DNA of 63,873 nucleotides, filler included, from Octopus bimaculoides (GCF_001194135.2; 7 parts of 5 records of this genome joined end to end with filler, not necessarily neighbours in it), one strand, 5' to 3'. Shown: positions 48,298 to 62,205, counted from the whole stretch's first letter. The notes: generated by a model not told the origin, from the sequence alone. Translations and numbers: made by a program.

Positions 48298-49584
48298 TAA
48301 TGGTAGATCGAATTCCTTAGCTGTTGTGAAAGTAATCAATCTAGAAGAAGGAAGACTCCAAAATTGATACTCTCTTCCAACATGCCCTAAGCCAGTACAG
48401 AAGAATATGGTTGATGAAATTAACAAGAAGTATGTTCAATAACGTACATCCATACTATGGAGGTCACTATGTGCGTATTGTGCCACCGGCGGAGACAGCG
48501 GGAAATGCAAAATGATGAAACAACCAGACCTACAAAATCTCTCGTTTTTTTTTATTACCACTTTTATTACCATAAACTCACCAGTTTTCCCCGATTGATC
48601 GCAGTTAGATTGGGATAGTCGACATTGTGACTGACGAAAGTCTTGTATTTAGCTGTGTACAACGCTATGAATTCAGATTACGAAGAGGTCGACTTTTGCT
48701 GTTAATCCTTCCGAGGTCGAGAAAATAAAGTTCCAGCCAAATGTAGATGTCGATAGATATTTCTTTAATGTAGCCTTGATGTGAATAGAATTATAAAAGA
48801 AGAATAATTTCGGATTTTACTTTTAATATGGAGATATTTTGATAAAAGAAGCAAATAAAAAATTGAAAATAGATTTTACTGAATGTAGAAATATGTGCAT
48901 GTATATATGTGTGTATTTCTGTATATATTTGTGTGAGTAAGCCTGCGTGTATATGTAAGTGTGTATGTTTGTGTAAAGAGTGACAAGCGTGGAAAAGCAG
49001 GCGGGGAGGAGGAAAGAGAGAAAGAGAGAGAGAGAGAGTGAGAGTGACAGAGAGAGTGTGCAGAACAGATAATGAAATTACATATAATTTTATCTTAAAT
49101 ATCTATATATAACTATATATGTAGCTGCCACAGAGACACATAGCATGATATATATATATATATATANNNNNNNNNNNNNNNNNNNNNNNNNNNNNNNNNN
49201 NNNNNNNNNNNNNNNNNNNNNNNNNNNNNNNNNNNNNNNNNNNNNNNNNNNNNNNNNNNNNNNNNNNNNNNNNNNNNNNNNNNNNNNNNNNNNNNNNNNN
49301 NNNNNNNNNNNNNNNNNNNNNNNNNNNNNNNNNNNNNNNNNNNNNNNNNNNNNNNNNNNNNNNNNNNNNNNNNNNNNNNNNNNNNNNNNNNNNNNNNNNN
49401 NNNNNNNNNNNNNNNNNNNNNNNNNNNNNNNNNNNNNNNNNNNNNNNNNNNNNNNNNNNNNNNNNNNNNNNNNNNNNNNNNNNNNNNNNNNNNNNNNNNN
49501 NNNNNNNNNNNNNNNNNNNNNNNNNNNNNNNNNNNNNNNNNNNNNNNNNNNNNNNNNNNNNNNNNNNNNNNNNNNNNNNNNNNN

Positions 49585-49635
<51 letters not shown>

Positions 49636-50395
49636 ATATGTCTACGTATGCGTATAGGTTTATTTCTTACTCAATGTTTATGTGATGGCTCGGTAACAGC
49701 TATTAGAAAAATAGTCAATGGCATAAGAATGAGGGTGGTCTTCACATGTGCTCTTTTGTAAGGCTAGGGTTTGGTCTTTTTCAAGAAGGATTAGAGGAAA
49801 ACAAAATTACCTTGGGACTGTCACTGCGTTGTCTTTTGAAGCTTGGAATTTTGCCATTTATAGACATCAACAGTGACAGAAGTAACTCAGTTCTTCATAT
49901 TTGTACCCACGAGGGAAAGCAGCGAGTCTGCTACTGGAAATTAGACTATATATCTATATATGTATATATAATTATAAAATCTGATATATATATATATATA
50001 TAAAGGTGAGAATTCAGATGAAACTCTATTTATTATTATTACTTTTTTATTCATCTATAGATTTATATACTAACTATCACAACTGTAGTCACCACCAGTA
50101 CAACTAACAAACAGTTCATCACCACCACCACCACAACCACCACCACCACCACAACCTCCACCACAACCATCACCACAACCATCATCACCATCATCATCAT
50201 CAACACTATTTTCATCAACAGCTTCGTTAGCATCATTATCCTTATCGAGTTAACAGTTTTCATCATGATCAATGACATCAATAACAACTTCAATCAATGA
50301 GTTATAAACACATTTACCTCCAAGTTCTACGTCTTTTTGTTTAACCCTAGGTCAGGTAACGATTAGTCGATATCATCGACTGGTACTTTATTAGC

Positions 50396-50451
<56 letters not shown>

Positions 50452-50474
50452 TAATAATAATGATGATGATGATC

Positions 50475-50530
<56 letters not shown>

Positions 50531-50531
<1 letters not shown>

Positions 50532-50683
50532 GTTTCAAATTTTGAAACTTGGGCAACTGGTACTTATTTCATCGACCCCGAAAGGATGAAAGGCAAAGTC
50601 GATCTCGGTGGAATTTGAACTCAGAACGTAAAGCTGGATGAAATGCCCTTAATGTGCCAACGATTCTGCCAGTTCACCGCCTC
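50531..50683 (-). mobile_element. SINE family C copy
   Basis: GAGGCGGTGAACTGGCAGAATCGTTGGC...TTTCATCCTTTCGGGGTCGATGAAATAAGTACCAG between (TAA)n tracts. Confidence 0.8.
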
Positions 50684-50731
<48 letters not shown>

Positions 50732-50732
50732 C

Positions 50733-50764
<32 letters not shown>

Positions 50765-50768
50765 AATA

Positions 50769-50810
<42 letters not shown>

Positions 50811-52037
50811 ATGATGATATTGAATTTCTTGCAGGTAATATTCATTTATGACATCTACAACGATTGCAATTTCCAAGGTAGTTGTCCAGCAACAGATGTG
50901 ACTCGGTACGGAACCACAACCCAAGAACCCTGAGGACCTATCTACCTGATATTAACCACCACCAACCACCACCAACCACCACCTTCACAACAGCACACAC
51001 AAGCAACAAATATATCGTCACAACTACAGCTCCCACCACCAGTAATACTAGTATTAGCTGTAGAAGCAGCAGCAGCAACAGCAACAAAAACAACAACAAC
51101 AACAACAACAGTAACAATAGATATAACCAGGAACAACAAACAGCTAAAATAAAAAGAAACAAAAGCTAGAGAAAACTTTCCTTGGATGCTTTTTGTAATG
51201 TGAATACCTCTTGATTTGGATTTATATTATACATCTATGTACACGATAACATATAATTAAATATACATATGTACGAGTGTGTGTATATTGAAATAGTTAA
51301 CATTCCTATAGTACCCAAGTGAAAACAACATTTGTCCAAACAACAGCAGGGCGTAAATTGCAGAGAATATTTTGGGACAAAAACAGAAATTAAAAAGAAA
51401 ATTCTATAGCATTGTGCTTGAGTTTGTTACCAAAGTTAATGTCTTCCTATGTTTATTAATTGATAACCAATAATTTTTAAAATATATATCACATCGAGAA
51501 TATTCTGGAAATCTATTCAGTTTTGGAACAAATGATATGTTTTACCCAAGGAATTTTCCCTTCCGTTCAAACTAGAAGGTAAGTAAAAAGTTGTTTATCT
51601 TTAAAGAAATTGAATTGTAACTTTTATGTATGAAGCGAATTGGAATTCTTTCAAAAATTAAATCTAGCATTCTTTAATAAATATAAAAATATTTAATTAA
51701 AAAAATTAAAAGAATTTGCACAAAAAAAAAAAATTAGAAAAACTTTTATTTCATTTAGAAATTGTCTCTACGTGTTTATTTGTCACAACTTTGGAGAACT
51801 AAAGAAACATCCGCCACTTTAAAGGAATGTCAAATTGGTGAGTTACATTATTTTGTCATGATTAAAAAAAACAAAAAACAAAATGAAAATATTAATATTT
51901 ATGTGTCACACCTGAAAGCAAAAATAACAGTAAAACTATATCATATTAAAATCAAACACCTATATATAGACAATATAATGCGTGTGTATGTATNNNNNNN
52001 NNNNNNNNNNNNNNNNNNNNNNNNNNNNNNNNNNNNN

Positions 52038-52049
52038 TTAATTAATTAA
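52038..52049. other. Artificial scaffold-join linker TTAATTAATTAA (also at 6223, 20954, 31065, 45801, 57773)
   Basis: Each linker is flanked by exactly 44 N on both sides (100 bp total) and has a stop codon in all six frames. Confidence 0.95.
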
Positions 52050-52093
52050 NNNNNNNNNNNNNNNNNNNNNNNNNNNNNNNNNNNNNNNNNNNN

Positions 52094-52140
<47 letters not shown>

Positions 52141-52359
52141 ATATGTATATATGTGTGTGTGTGTGTGTGCGCGCGCGCGTGTATAAAACGTATTTATGAT
52201 AAAATAACACGTGAAAGCAAGGAGTACTTAAAATTGCCGTGAAGATGATGTCCCAGCAGAGCCACAATTCAAAATGAAACCAATAAAAAAATGAAATACC
52301 ACAACTAATGTAAACAAATGCCCAACACAAGCAAAACAACAGAAACGTAAAAAGCTTAC

Positions 52360-52612
52360 CTATGAAACGGTCGATGTTTTCCAAGTGGCTGCTCAAAGCC
52401 ATTATATACTGTTCCTCGGCTTCTTCAATGTCCACCAAAAGTGCTTTGAAAATCTCATCTTTTTGGTCCACAATCCGGTCAAAAGTATTCTTTAGTACAA
52501 CAATATCAGACTTGATCTCTTTGCCTTTTATTTCGCGAAGAATTCCTCTCCATCTGTCATTTATGATTAAGTTGTTCAATTTGGTGAATTTCTCTTCTTT
52601 TGCATGTTTGTC
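52360..52612 (-). CDS. CCDC65: CCDC65/DRC2 coding exon 2
   Basis: Lies inside ORF 52046-52687. Acceptor TTTCAG before 52612, donor GTAAG after 52360 (253 nt, phase 0 to 1). The peptide DKHAKEEKFTKLNNLIINDRWRGILREIKGKEIKSDIVVLKNTFDRIVDQKDEIFKALLVDIEEAEEQYIMALSSHLENIDRFI aligns by eye with human [29 protein letters not shown]...TFERVVDCKD...[24 protein letters not shown]. Confidence 0.92.
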
Positions 52613-53634
52613 CTGAAATTTGGGAAAAATACGACACCAAGAATTAACAAGCAAAATATTTTTCTTCTGCTCAAATTGCACAAACATTTGGACTGGCTAA
52701 GCCTTTAAACTACATCCGGTAGTGGGTCCTTTGTACAGGAGTTCCAGAAGTTTGAGGAGTATGGAAGCACCTCTTAGCCCTTATTCTTCCCAGGCCTACT
52801 CTGACCCGATGTTGTAGCACCTATTAGGACCCCAACTATGGATTATCTAGTATGTGTACCACTCGCTTCAAACGCAAGCTACGACTGCTCTGATAATCGG
52901 TGGTAAGTTGGTCAACGAATCCTTTGCGACGGTAATCCATCGCCAGCAATAAGAACTGCTACGGATTACACTATCTCAAAGTGTGTATGCCTGTGACTAG
53001 GGACCACATGTGAATTGTATTCCCAATGAAACTCCGAACATGAACCCTACACTACAACAGCAAATGACGGCTACGGCTACGGCGTCTGCACTATCCGATG
53101 TGCTTGCTCCCCCAGTGGGGACATTGGTCAAATTTGCAAGTTGGAATTTTAGGCAGCAGGCAGAAGCATTATTTTGCTTGCTGGAACGTTAGGGCCGAAC
53201 GTCGGATGTGAAGATTAGCTGCGATAACTGTCTTGAAAGAGAAGTTCTCCTGACAGTCAATGTGTTTGAAAACTAGTCATCAGAATATCGGACATGTTTT
53301 ACTGCGTTGTTACGCTTCATCAGCTACGAACACCAATTCTGTCATAAACAGCAGCTAATAAATGTTCTGACGAGTACAAAGCTTATCAGGCTGGAATTAA
53401 ATAAAAGAAAACTAAGCAACATCTATTAAATAAGGTTGTGCACAATAACGTATAACACGTCCGTGTACACTCAGCACTTACCTAAGGTACTGTTTCTATG
53501 GAATCGAATCTGGGACCATGTAGTTGTGAAGGGAACTTCTTAGACAACTGAGCTTGCAGATGATTAGGGCCAGCCAATTGTCAAGAATCAACCAGAAGAT
53601 CAACCGTAGCAACAATAAGAACAGCGACACTAAC

Positions 53635-53760
53635 CTTAAGATATTGCATTAGAATTTCTTCTTTCTTCCTTTTCATTTCTATCTGCAGAAGCATCTTCTG
53701 CTCTTCCTGATGGATCTTCTGCTCCTCCGTCAGTTTTACTTTCTTCTTACCCTTCGGCAT
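53635..53760 (-). CDS. CCDC65: CCDC65/DRC2 (dynein regulatory complex subunit 2), coding exon 1
   Basis: Manual translation gives MPKGKKKVKLTEEQKIHQEEQKMLLQIEMKRKKEEILMQYLK (42 codons), followed by the donor GTTAGT at 53634 in phase 0. It resembles the vertebrate CCDC65 N-terminus (MPKK...EEEMAKKKERLLSQFLK, recalled) and splices in frame to the next exon. Confidence 0.88.
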
Positions 53761-54084
53761 TTTCTTCGCAAGAAAAGAAAAAAGAAAACGAAAATAAAGA
53801 TAAGAATGATAGAACCATTGATATAATACATTTGTGAGATGTCTGAGTAAGTCACTGGAAAGCTTTTCTGTTTGTTAACAAGCCCCCACCCCCAAGCCTA
53901 CAGACACCGACCCCCAGAGGGGTCCATGGCTTGAAAACAAGGTTTAAAGAATTTTTCTTTTCGCAAATTTTTAAATATTAAAAAAGATGCTTCTTCCATC
54001 AAATACTGAGACTATTTCAGAAGATTTTCATTAAACCTTTTAGGTATGTGTGTGTGTGTGTGTGTGTGTATATACATACATACA

Positions 54085-54400
54085 TACATACTTGATGGCC
54101 GTCCACTCATAACCGAGGAAGACCATTGCCGACCTTCAGGAACATTGTGCGCTCTAAGACTAACTTACATTTTGCATTTACGGCTCCATTGTTGGCTAAT
54201 GAGCCCTGCTCTTGACAAGCATACACGACTGCAAACATTGCAGACAAAGCTTTCCCCATTATATGAGCCGTGTGCTTTCGCGCAGCTCGCTTAAGTTCTT
54301 CATGCTGGATACGTGCTCTCTCAAAAGCGTTGATCCCCTCCTTAACCTGCTTCCTCCATCTGTGGCGATGACAGGCATTGTTCTCCCATGTATATGCATT
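54085..54400 (-). mobile_element. 3' end of BovB-like RTE (probably the same copy as 55500-56400)
   Basis: ORF 54107-54502 contains TWENNACHRHRWRKQVKEGINAFERARIQHEELKRAARK, a typical RTE C-terminus, and ends in a (TATG)n tail. Confidence 0.7.
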
Positions 54401-54577
54401 ATATAGGCAGTTAAGGTAAACTCTAGCTATTTCTTCTATGATTCTATCATCACAATCAATATATATCCTTAGTTTGTGTTGTATGCAAATCAAATTACAC
54501 ATTAAAACTGAGAATGATAGAAATACTATTTGCAGTACGTATATATATGTGTGTGTTTAGATGTTTATATACATACA

Positions 54578-54610
<33 letters not shown>

Positions 54611-55023
54611 ATGTATGTATGTATGTATGTATGTATGTATGTATGTATGTGTGTGTGTATGTATGTATGTATGTATGTATGCATGTATATGACATTGTTA
54701 CTGAAACGAGAGATTAATGACTGTGGAATACAACTACGTATATTATAACTAATTAAATATTTCGCGTAGTATAAGAGAAATGAGTTAAAAATTGTTTGGT
54801 TATGTGTCACGATGCCTTTTTTTTTTATTAATGTGCGCACTCCCACCACTAACTTTAGAGCCTGACCACGCCTCTGGTGTGAACACAAACATTTGATCAC
54901 CATAAACAGATCAAATATGCTCAGCAGGAAATTGCGGATCCCCACCACGACCACTACCACACATACTCTCACAGTCATATTACAAACTGAAACAATATTG
55001 TGTTGATAATATAATGTTCTGTA

Positions 55024-55114
<91 letters not shown>

Positions 55115-55499
55115 CTAATAATAATAATGATAATAATAATAATAATAATTGAAAAATCAAATTCGGGTAAGAAAAAGAGAAATCTCTCTCTTTTCATTCG
55201 AAATATATGTCCTCGTCATCGTATCCGAAGTTTCATGATGGTGGATTCTAAGCTTCGACGCTTTGACTATGGATTTCTTCCTTTTTTTTTTTTTTTTAAG
55301 GAAAGCATTCTTTATATAGTTCTCCCATAATATATAAGATGGCATGAGCTTGTGTAGACAGAAACGCTCCAGCTTTATGATGTACTGACAGTGGAGTTCG
55401 CATGTTATCTAACTATATTCATTAATTCTAAGATAACGACAACCTGGTGAATCACTAGTTTTTTTTTTTTATTACTTATTTTTAATGGTTTTTTAAAAA

Positions 55500-56400
55500 A
55501 AAATCTTTCTAATTAAATATTCATTCCTAAAGACCAGTTTTTCCAGATTTTCAAATGCTGGATACACTGATCCAATTCTGTGTTCCATACCTTTTTCAGA
55601 AATGCATTTATTAGAAAGAAGACTTCTAACTTCGAGAAAATGATCAACTTACTAGAGACATGTTTGAGATCTGCTCCATAAACCAGTCTCACAGAGATTG
55701 GTTTACGGAGCAGATTGGGCGAGGACTTTGAGCTTCTTGAAGCCAAAGTGATCAAATGCACTGGTAAAGTTGCTGAGTATCTGGAGTTCCCAATATGTCT
55801 AACAGGAAGTAGCATTGTCAACTACGTATGGGAACTCTGAGACGCGATGGATGTTGATAAGTCGATGGGGTCGAAAGCAGCTTGTGTTAAACATATCACC
55901 ATCAAATGTATCTAATTTCACCAATTCGATTATCCGAGGGAAGTTTTAAAATATCATAGGTAAGTATACGTAGAGTGCAGGTGCAAGAAAGCAACTCTGC
56001 TTCAATCCATTTGCAGTCCTTGCACCAGTGATGTAACGTTGTTTGGGTAGCTTAAACGTTGAAGAATCATACACATCGCATCTCTTGGTACACAGACAAA
56101 AGGCTTTTGGAAGTCTTAGAAACCAGTGAAAGACGGTTTCTGTTTTACTTTGCTTTTTTTCTTGCAGTTGTTATGCACAGAAGATTTATATTGATTGCGC
56201 CACGAGAATCATGAAAACCACATTGACATTTAGAAGGAATCTCCTTGTGATCTGGTGATAGTTTTGAAAGATCTTTTCACAAATATTTGTCCTGCATTTA
56301 AGGGGAGTCATATTCCATGATGGTTCTGACAAGATTTTCCGCCATGAAGCGTATGAAACCAGAAAAATGCTCGCATCTAAACAAGATGCTTCTTTAGTTA
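55500..56400 (-). mobile_element. Decayed BovB-like RTE reverse transcriptase (second RTE lineage)
   Basis: Across frameshifts it reads SKCQCGFHDSRG, DFQKPFVCVPRDAMCMILQRLSYP, NGLKQSCFLAPALY, FDGDMFN and VSEFPYVVDNA (YADD equivalent). Confidence 0.75.
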
Positions 56401-57491
56401 CTGAAGCATCGGGGACTACCTCATATAAACCGAAGTTTTTCATTCTGATCTTAAAACTGGGAGGATCATCAAATCCCAAACGAATTTTAAAATGCATTTA
56501 CCAACAACTTTGAGAAAAGGTCTTGTATTTACAAGAAAATTAACAATAATATTAGTGCAACTCTTTTTTTATATTTGCACGAATGTTAATCTTTCAGATA
56601 GGATTGATAGCAGTTATGTATTCTATGCATTTCAAGATCAAAGTGTTAAGAGTTTGTTCATATGATATTGCATAAATGTATATTAACTTGGGAATATGTA
56701 TCTGCATGTTGATATATTGTACATGTTCATATGTGTAAAAATGTGGATGGGAGGTTGTCTATCAAGCTATGGGAGACAATATAGCACTACGCACAATAAT
56801 GTCCCTCGCACTGCCTATCATTGCGAACTTTCACACACACACACACGTACGTGTACGTCGTAAGTGTATATATATATGCGTGTGTATGTGATTGTGTGTG
56901 AGGAGTATTTGTGAGTGTGTGTCTGTGTGTATGTGTGTGGTGTACTCAGTTTTTAAACAGTAGAGTGTCGCGCGCGCGCACACATATATGTACATATGCG
57001 TTTATTTTATATAGGGGTGTGTGTGAAAAATGAGGTGTTTTTACCGCATTTTTGAATTTGAGACAAAAATACAAATGTTCACTACCTTAAAAAAACTATA
57101 TCAGCTAAGCAAACGGCCTGATAACACAATCTGATCATTATTTCGGAAAATTATCACCGTTCTGTTTGAGCATATAAAAGACAAACTAGGCTGGGGCAAA
57201 ATGAGTAAGACAAGATAATGTAAATCTGCCGCTTCAGTTCTCCAGAAAACAGACACATACACATCAATACCCATTCCTAGACATCAAGAAGATCAGAAGT
57301 GCAAAAAAAAAATAAATAAATAATAATAATAATAAAATGAAAAATAAAAATAAATATTTAAAAATATATATACATGAAATAAAATGAAATATATAAATAA
57401 ACAAATATCTAGGTCAAAGGAAAGAGGGTCAGTGAAAAATGGCACATGATGTAAAATCAATGAAACTCGACTAAATATAAAAAAAAAAAAC

Positions 57492-57656
57492 AGGCGTAGG
57501 AGTGGCTGTGTGGTAAGTAGCTTGCTTACCAACCACATGGTTCCAGGTTCAGTCCCACTGCATGGCACCTTGGGCAAGTGTCTTCTATTATAGCCTCGGG
57601 CCGACCAAAGCCGTGTGAGTGGATTTGGTAGACGGAAACTGAAAGAAGCCAGTCGT
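57492..57656 (+). mobile_element. tRNA-derived SINE family A, near-complete copy
   Basis: A-box-like TGGCTGTGTGG, B-box-like GGTTCAGTCCC, GGGCAAGTGTCTTCTA core, (TA)n tail; several homologs within the window. Confidence 0.85.
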
Positions 57657-57942
57657 ATATATGTATATATATATATGTGTGTGTGGGGGGGGGTGTACAT
57701 ATACACACGTACTCACATAGAAACACAGNNNNNNNNNNNNNNNNNNNNNNNNNNNNNNNNNNNNNNNNNNNNTTAATTAATTAANNNNNNNNNNNNNNNN
57801 NNNNNNNNNNNNNNNNNNNNNNNNNNNNTATATATGTATACACACACACATATATATGCATATATTTGCATGTATGTTTATATATATACATAAGTATATA
57901 GATGTATAGACATGTATACTGCTCTCTCTCTCCCTTTGTGTG

Positions 57943-57981
<39 letters not shown>

Positions 57982-60408
57982 CGATGTTTTCAATATTTCT
58001 GATAGACAATATTTATGGTGAGAAAAGTTCCATGTTAAGTTGCAGATGAAGGCAAATAAAAGTAGCAATTTCCACAGTAGACCTATTTCTGACAGACACA
58101 TCAAGGAAGGTGGTACAATTCAATTTGAATTGGTGGAATACATTTAGTAAGAAAATGGAACACATGGCTCTAGTTTGATAGAAAGTGAAAGACAAGGGAG
58201 AAAGAGAAAAACAAGCAGTTTGTCAGTTTCTTTTAAGAGATTGAAGTCTCTAATCTTAGCAATTGTAGAGGTGCGTGTATGTGTGTGTGTGTGTACGTAT
58301 ATGTGTGTATGTTTTTAAACTATTTAGGAACAAGGGTTTATGGATTCTAAAGACAGAGCAGAATATAAACATTTCATTTTTTTTAATTCATGCATTGCAT
58401 CCAAAACTGTATTATTTGATGTGTATTACCTTTTTTTTATATTATCTTTAGATAAGTTGTAATTTGAGAGAGATCTGGCTGTTGCTCCTAGCAGAGAGTA
58501 ACCATGTGGAGGCCGAGATTCCATTATTGGCTTATTCAAAGTAAAATAGCATCTGTAGTTGGTAATTTCTGGTAGGTTAAATGCAAAGTAGTACACGTAC
58601 TGCCACAAATAATCAGAATAGACTTTTCAGTGTTTCTGGATAATTTGTTGACTTAAATAATAAGAGAATACATAGCGCATTGTGTGTGGTGGAGAATATC
58701 ATGGTGTGGATAGTAATAATGAAAGCAATCATCAGAAGGTCTAATGGGAACATCATTGTGGTTATTAGGTGTCAGAGTAATTGATCAGAACTGCAAGTTG
58801 TTAAAGGACAGGTTAAATAGATTTTGAAAAGTTGGAAAGAAGATCATGGATCTAAAGTTGAAATTATCAAGATCAAATTGTAGAGTGTGGTAAATGGTTT
58901 AACCTCCATACGAGTTAAGATGAGCAAAGCCAACAGGAGTGTTACATGCTTTGAAGAATAGCTGTGCAAATAATGCAACAGCGCCTTCTTGTTATTGGAT
59001 TTGTACAGAATAGAAGATCAATTTCTATAAGACAAAACAGCAAACTATACAAAGTATAATTAATATTTCCTGTAATTACTGAAGGCTATAAACCAGTTAT
59101 AAATCAAACAAAGAATTCCAGTGTGATATACTTTTGAGATGAATTACACATCTTATATGATTTTAAGTATTAAGAGAAAAACATATTAATAAAAGTATGC
59201 AGTGTGAAATTTCAATTAGAAATTAAAACTGTTCGATATCAATTGAAAAAGATAACATGGATGCCATTTGTAAACTAAGTTAAAAACTACGATAAATTCC
59301 TAATTATAGCTAGATTACATACTTGTCTTAGATATTTAATGTTAATATATTTTACTCTCCCAACATTTATTTAACTCTCTCGAAGCAGTGGAAAATGGTT
59401 TCTATCAAGATCAATGTGAACATGTCTCTTGTTATATATATTCTGCTACCAGAAGAAACAAAAATAAAGAAACAAAAAGAGATGTTATTTTTCCCATTAT
59501 ATAGAGTTAACCTTCAAGAGTTTGTATGTAAATGTGAGGTAGTGCCAAAATGAAGATAGTAAAACTATAAAACCATGTCCAATATAAAAATAGTTAAACT
59601 TTCAGAGAAACAGAGATAGATAGACAAACAAACAGACCAACAGATGGAGAGAGACATAAGAGGTAAACAGATAGACAGACAAATACATAAACAGACGGAT
59701 AGACAAACCAATAGAGAATTAAGAAGGATGGACAGAGAGAGAGGAAGTGTAGAAATTGAAAATTAGTAAAGATTCAAAATGTGTATAAAGTTAATAGAAT
59801 AATTTAGTGACAACAAATTAACATGTATTAGTGAATTTACACAAAACTAACATTATTAAAGACTGCTCTCTTAACACTAAAGATGTTGCAACCATAGCTA
59901 TTTAACTAGGTTATCACCAACATTTCTTTCGGCAATTATTATTATCAAAATAATCAGTTTCTTGTGAGAAAGAAAGAAAGAACTAAGAAGAAAGAAAGAA
60001 GGAAATAACTTGTCCACAACTCATTAAGATTGCTGTTAAATGAAGGAAAACTGTATCAGAGCATCTAATAATGTTTTGGTTTTACATTAACATCCAGCCT
60101 CTCATTACAAATTTATATTGCTAGAAGCATAGGCAGTTTTACACTTTTAATTTTATAATCAATTAAACAGTGATTTAAAAGTTTCATGATAAACTAACAT
60201 TTTTGTTTTTGGATGATGAAGAATGAAAAAAAAAACAAAATACAAAAAAAAACAAAAAGAAAATTTTGCCCCTTGACAGATTTTGATTAAAACCCAAACC
60301 GACAAAGATGGATATCTGATTGCACATATACTAGTAAACAAACTAATCAAAGAAGCAATTTCAAAGTATATTTTTAACTTAGATAAAGAGGTTGATGAGA
60401 AAGAAAAG

Positions 60409-60487
<79 letters not shown>

Positions 60488-61105
60488 AAACTAATAAAAT
60501 AGCAGTGTTGTCTATTTTATGTATATATGTGCATGCATGCACGTGTGGTGTGTATGCATGATTGTGCTTCATTTAACTGTTTACGGGAAATATTTAAAAA
60601 AGAAAAAAACCTACGAAATTAAAATGGATATTTTACAGTATCTTGTAAATAAATGAAGCTTAAAGATATCTTTCTTTCACGCACACAATATACACAGAAA
60701 CACTGTATGCACACAAAAAAGCATACATACAAACAATCCATAAACACACAGAAACAACACAAATACAAATCACATGCATACACACAAATACAAAATACAC
60801 TCACACACATATACATACACACATACATACCCACCATGACACTATCTAACTGATAGTTCATTGCACCACACCAAAATATTTTCTCCAGTCTAACAATACT
60901 TATTAATAGTCAGTCTATAGGTGCTGATACACCTAAATCTATCTCTCTTTACTAAGATTTCACTCTTGATTTCTACAACATACAGCTTCATTAACTTTCT
61001 TATCATACTGCAATTATTAAGTAAAAATAAGCTATCATACTCTAATCTCTTGGTTCCACTCACCCTTTCAGCTGACAAGTCCTTTTCTTGTCTTGCAAGG
61101 TCACA

Positions 61106-62205
61106 GGTGCTGGGGCCATGTAAAAGAAAAGCACCTGTGCTGGTGTCACATGTGCCAGTGCCATGTATAAAGCACTATGCTGGTGCCATATATAAAGCAC
61201 TGGTGCTGGTATCACATACAAAGCGCTGGTGCTGGTGAAACATATAAAGCACCTGTGCTGGCACCACATATTATGCACCTGTGCTGGTGCCACATATAAA
61301 GCACCTGTACTGGTGCCACATATTAGGCACCTGTAGTACCACATATAAAGCACCTGTGCTGGTGTCACATATTAGGCACCTGTAGTACCACATATAAAGC
61401 ACCTGTGCTGGTGCCACATACAAAGTGCTGGTGCAACATATAAAGCACCTGTGCTGGTGCAACATATATAAAGCACCTGTGCTGGTGCCACATATAAAGC
61501 ACCTGTGCTGGTGCCACATATAAAGCACCTGCGCTGGTTCCACATATAAAGCACCTGTGCTGGTTCCACATATAAAGCACTTGTACTGGTGTCACATATA
61601 AAGCACCTGCACTGGTGTCACATATAAAGCACCTGTGCTGGTGCCACATACAAAGCACTGGTGCTGGTACAACATATAAAGCACCTGTGCTGGTGCCACA
61701 TATTAAGCACCTGTGCTGGTGCCACATATAAAGCACCTGTACTGGTGCAACATATAAAGCACCTGCACTGGTGTCACATATAAAGCACCTGTACTGGTGC
61801 CACATATAAAGCACCTGTGCTGGTGCCACATATAAAGCACCTGTACTGGTGCCACATATAAAGCACTTGTACTGGTGTCACATATTAAGCACCTGTGGTA
61901 CCACATATTAAGCACCTGTGCTGGTGCCACATATAAAGCACCTATGCTGGTGCCACAAATAAAGCACCAGAGCTGGCACCAAATATAAAGCATCAATGCT
62001 GGTGCCACATAAAAATGCACCAGTGCTGATACTATGCAAAAAGAACCTGTGTTGGCACCACGTATAGAGCACCTGTGCTGGTGTCACATAAAAAGCACTA
62101 GTAACGGTACTATGCAAAAAGTACTGGTTCTGCTGTCATACATAAAACACCCATGCTAGTGCCACGTATAAAGCACCTGTGTTGGTGGATAATAAAAAAG
62201 CACCC
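61106..62205 (+). repeat. 26-bp minisatellite, about 42 units, consensus GCACCTGTGCTGGTGCCACATATAAA
   Basis: Head-to-tail units with no spacers, decaying at both ends. Confidence 0.95.

Noticed and set aside
53060-53270. Possible Gypsy gag remnant (NFRQQAEALF)
   Set aside because: Similarity is too short and weak, with no LTR or pol evidence.
53598-53613. RFX X-box in CCDC65 intron 1 (GTTGCTACGG on the minus strand)
   Set aside because: Only a half-site, and such matches are frequent by chance.
57503-57560. tRNA gene
   Set aside because: A/B-box-like motifs are present but there is no cloverleaf; it continues into a multi-copy SINE body.
58426-58560. Possible minus-strand exon (CYFTLNKPIMESRPPHGYSLLG...)
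   Set aside because: Splice sites are plausible but the acceptor is weak and there is no homology; support is insufficient.
61106-62205. CRISPR-like look (short palindromic repeats)
   Set aside because: Units are head-to-tail with no unique spacers, there are no cas genes, and the context is eukaryotic.
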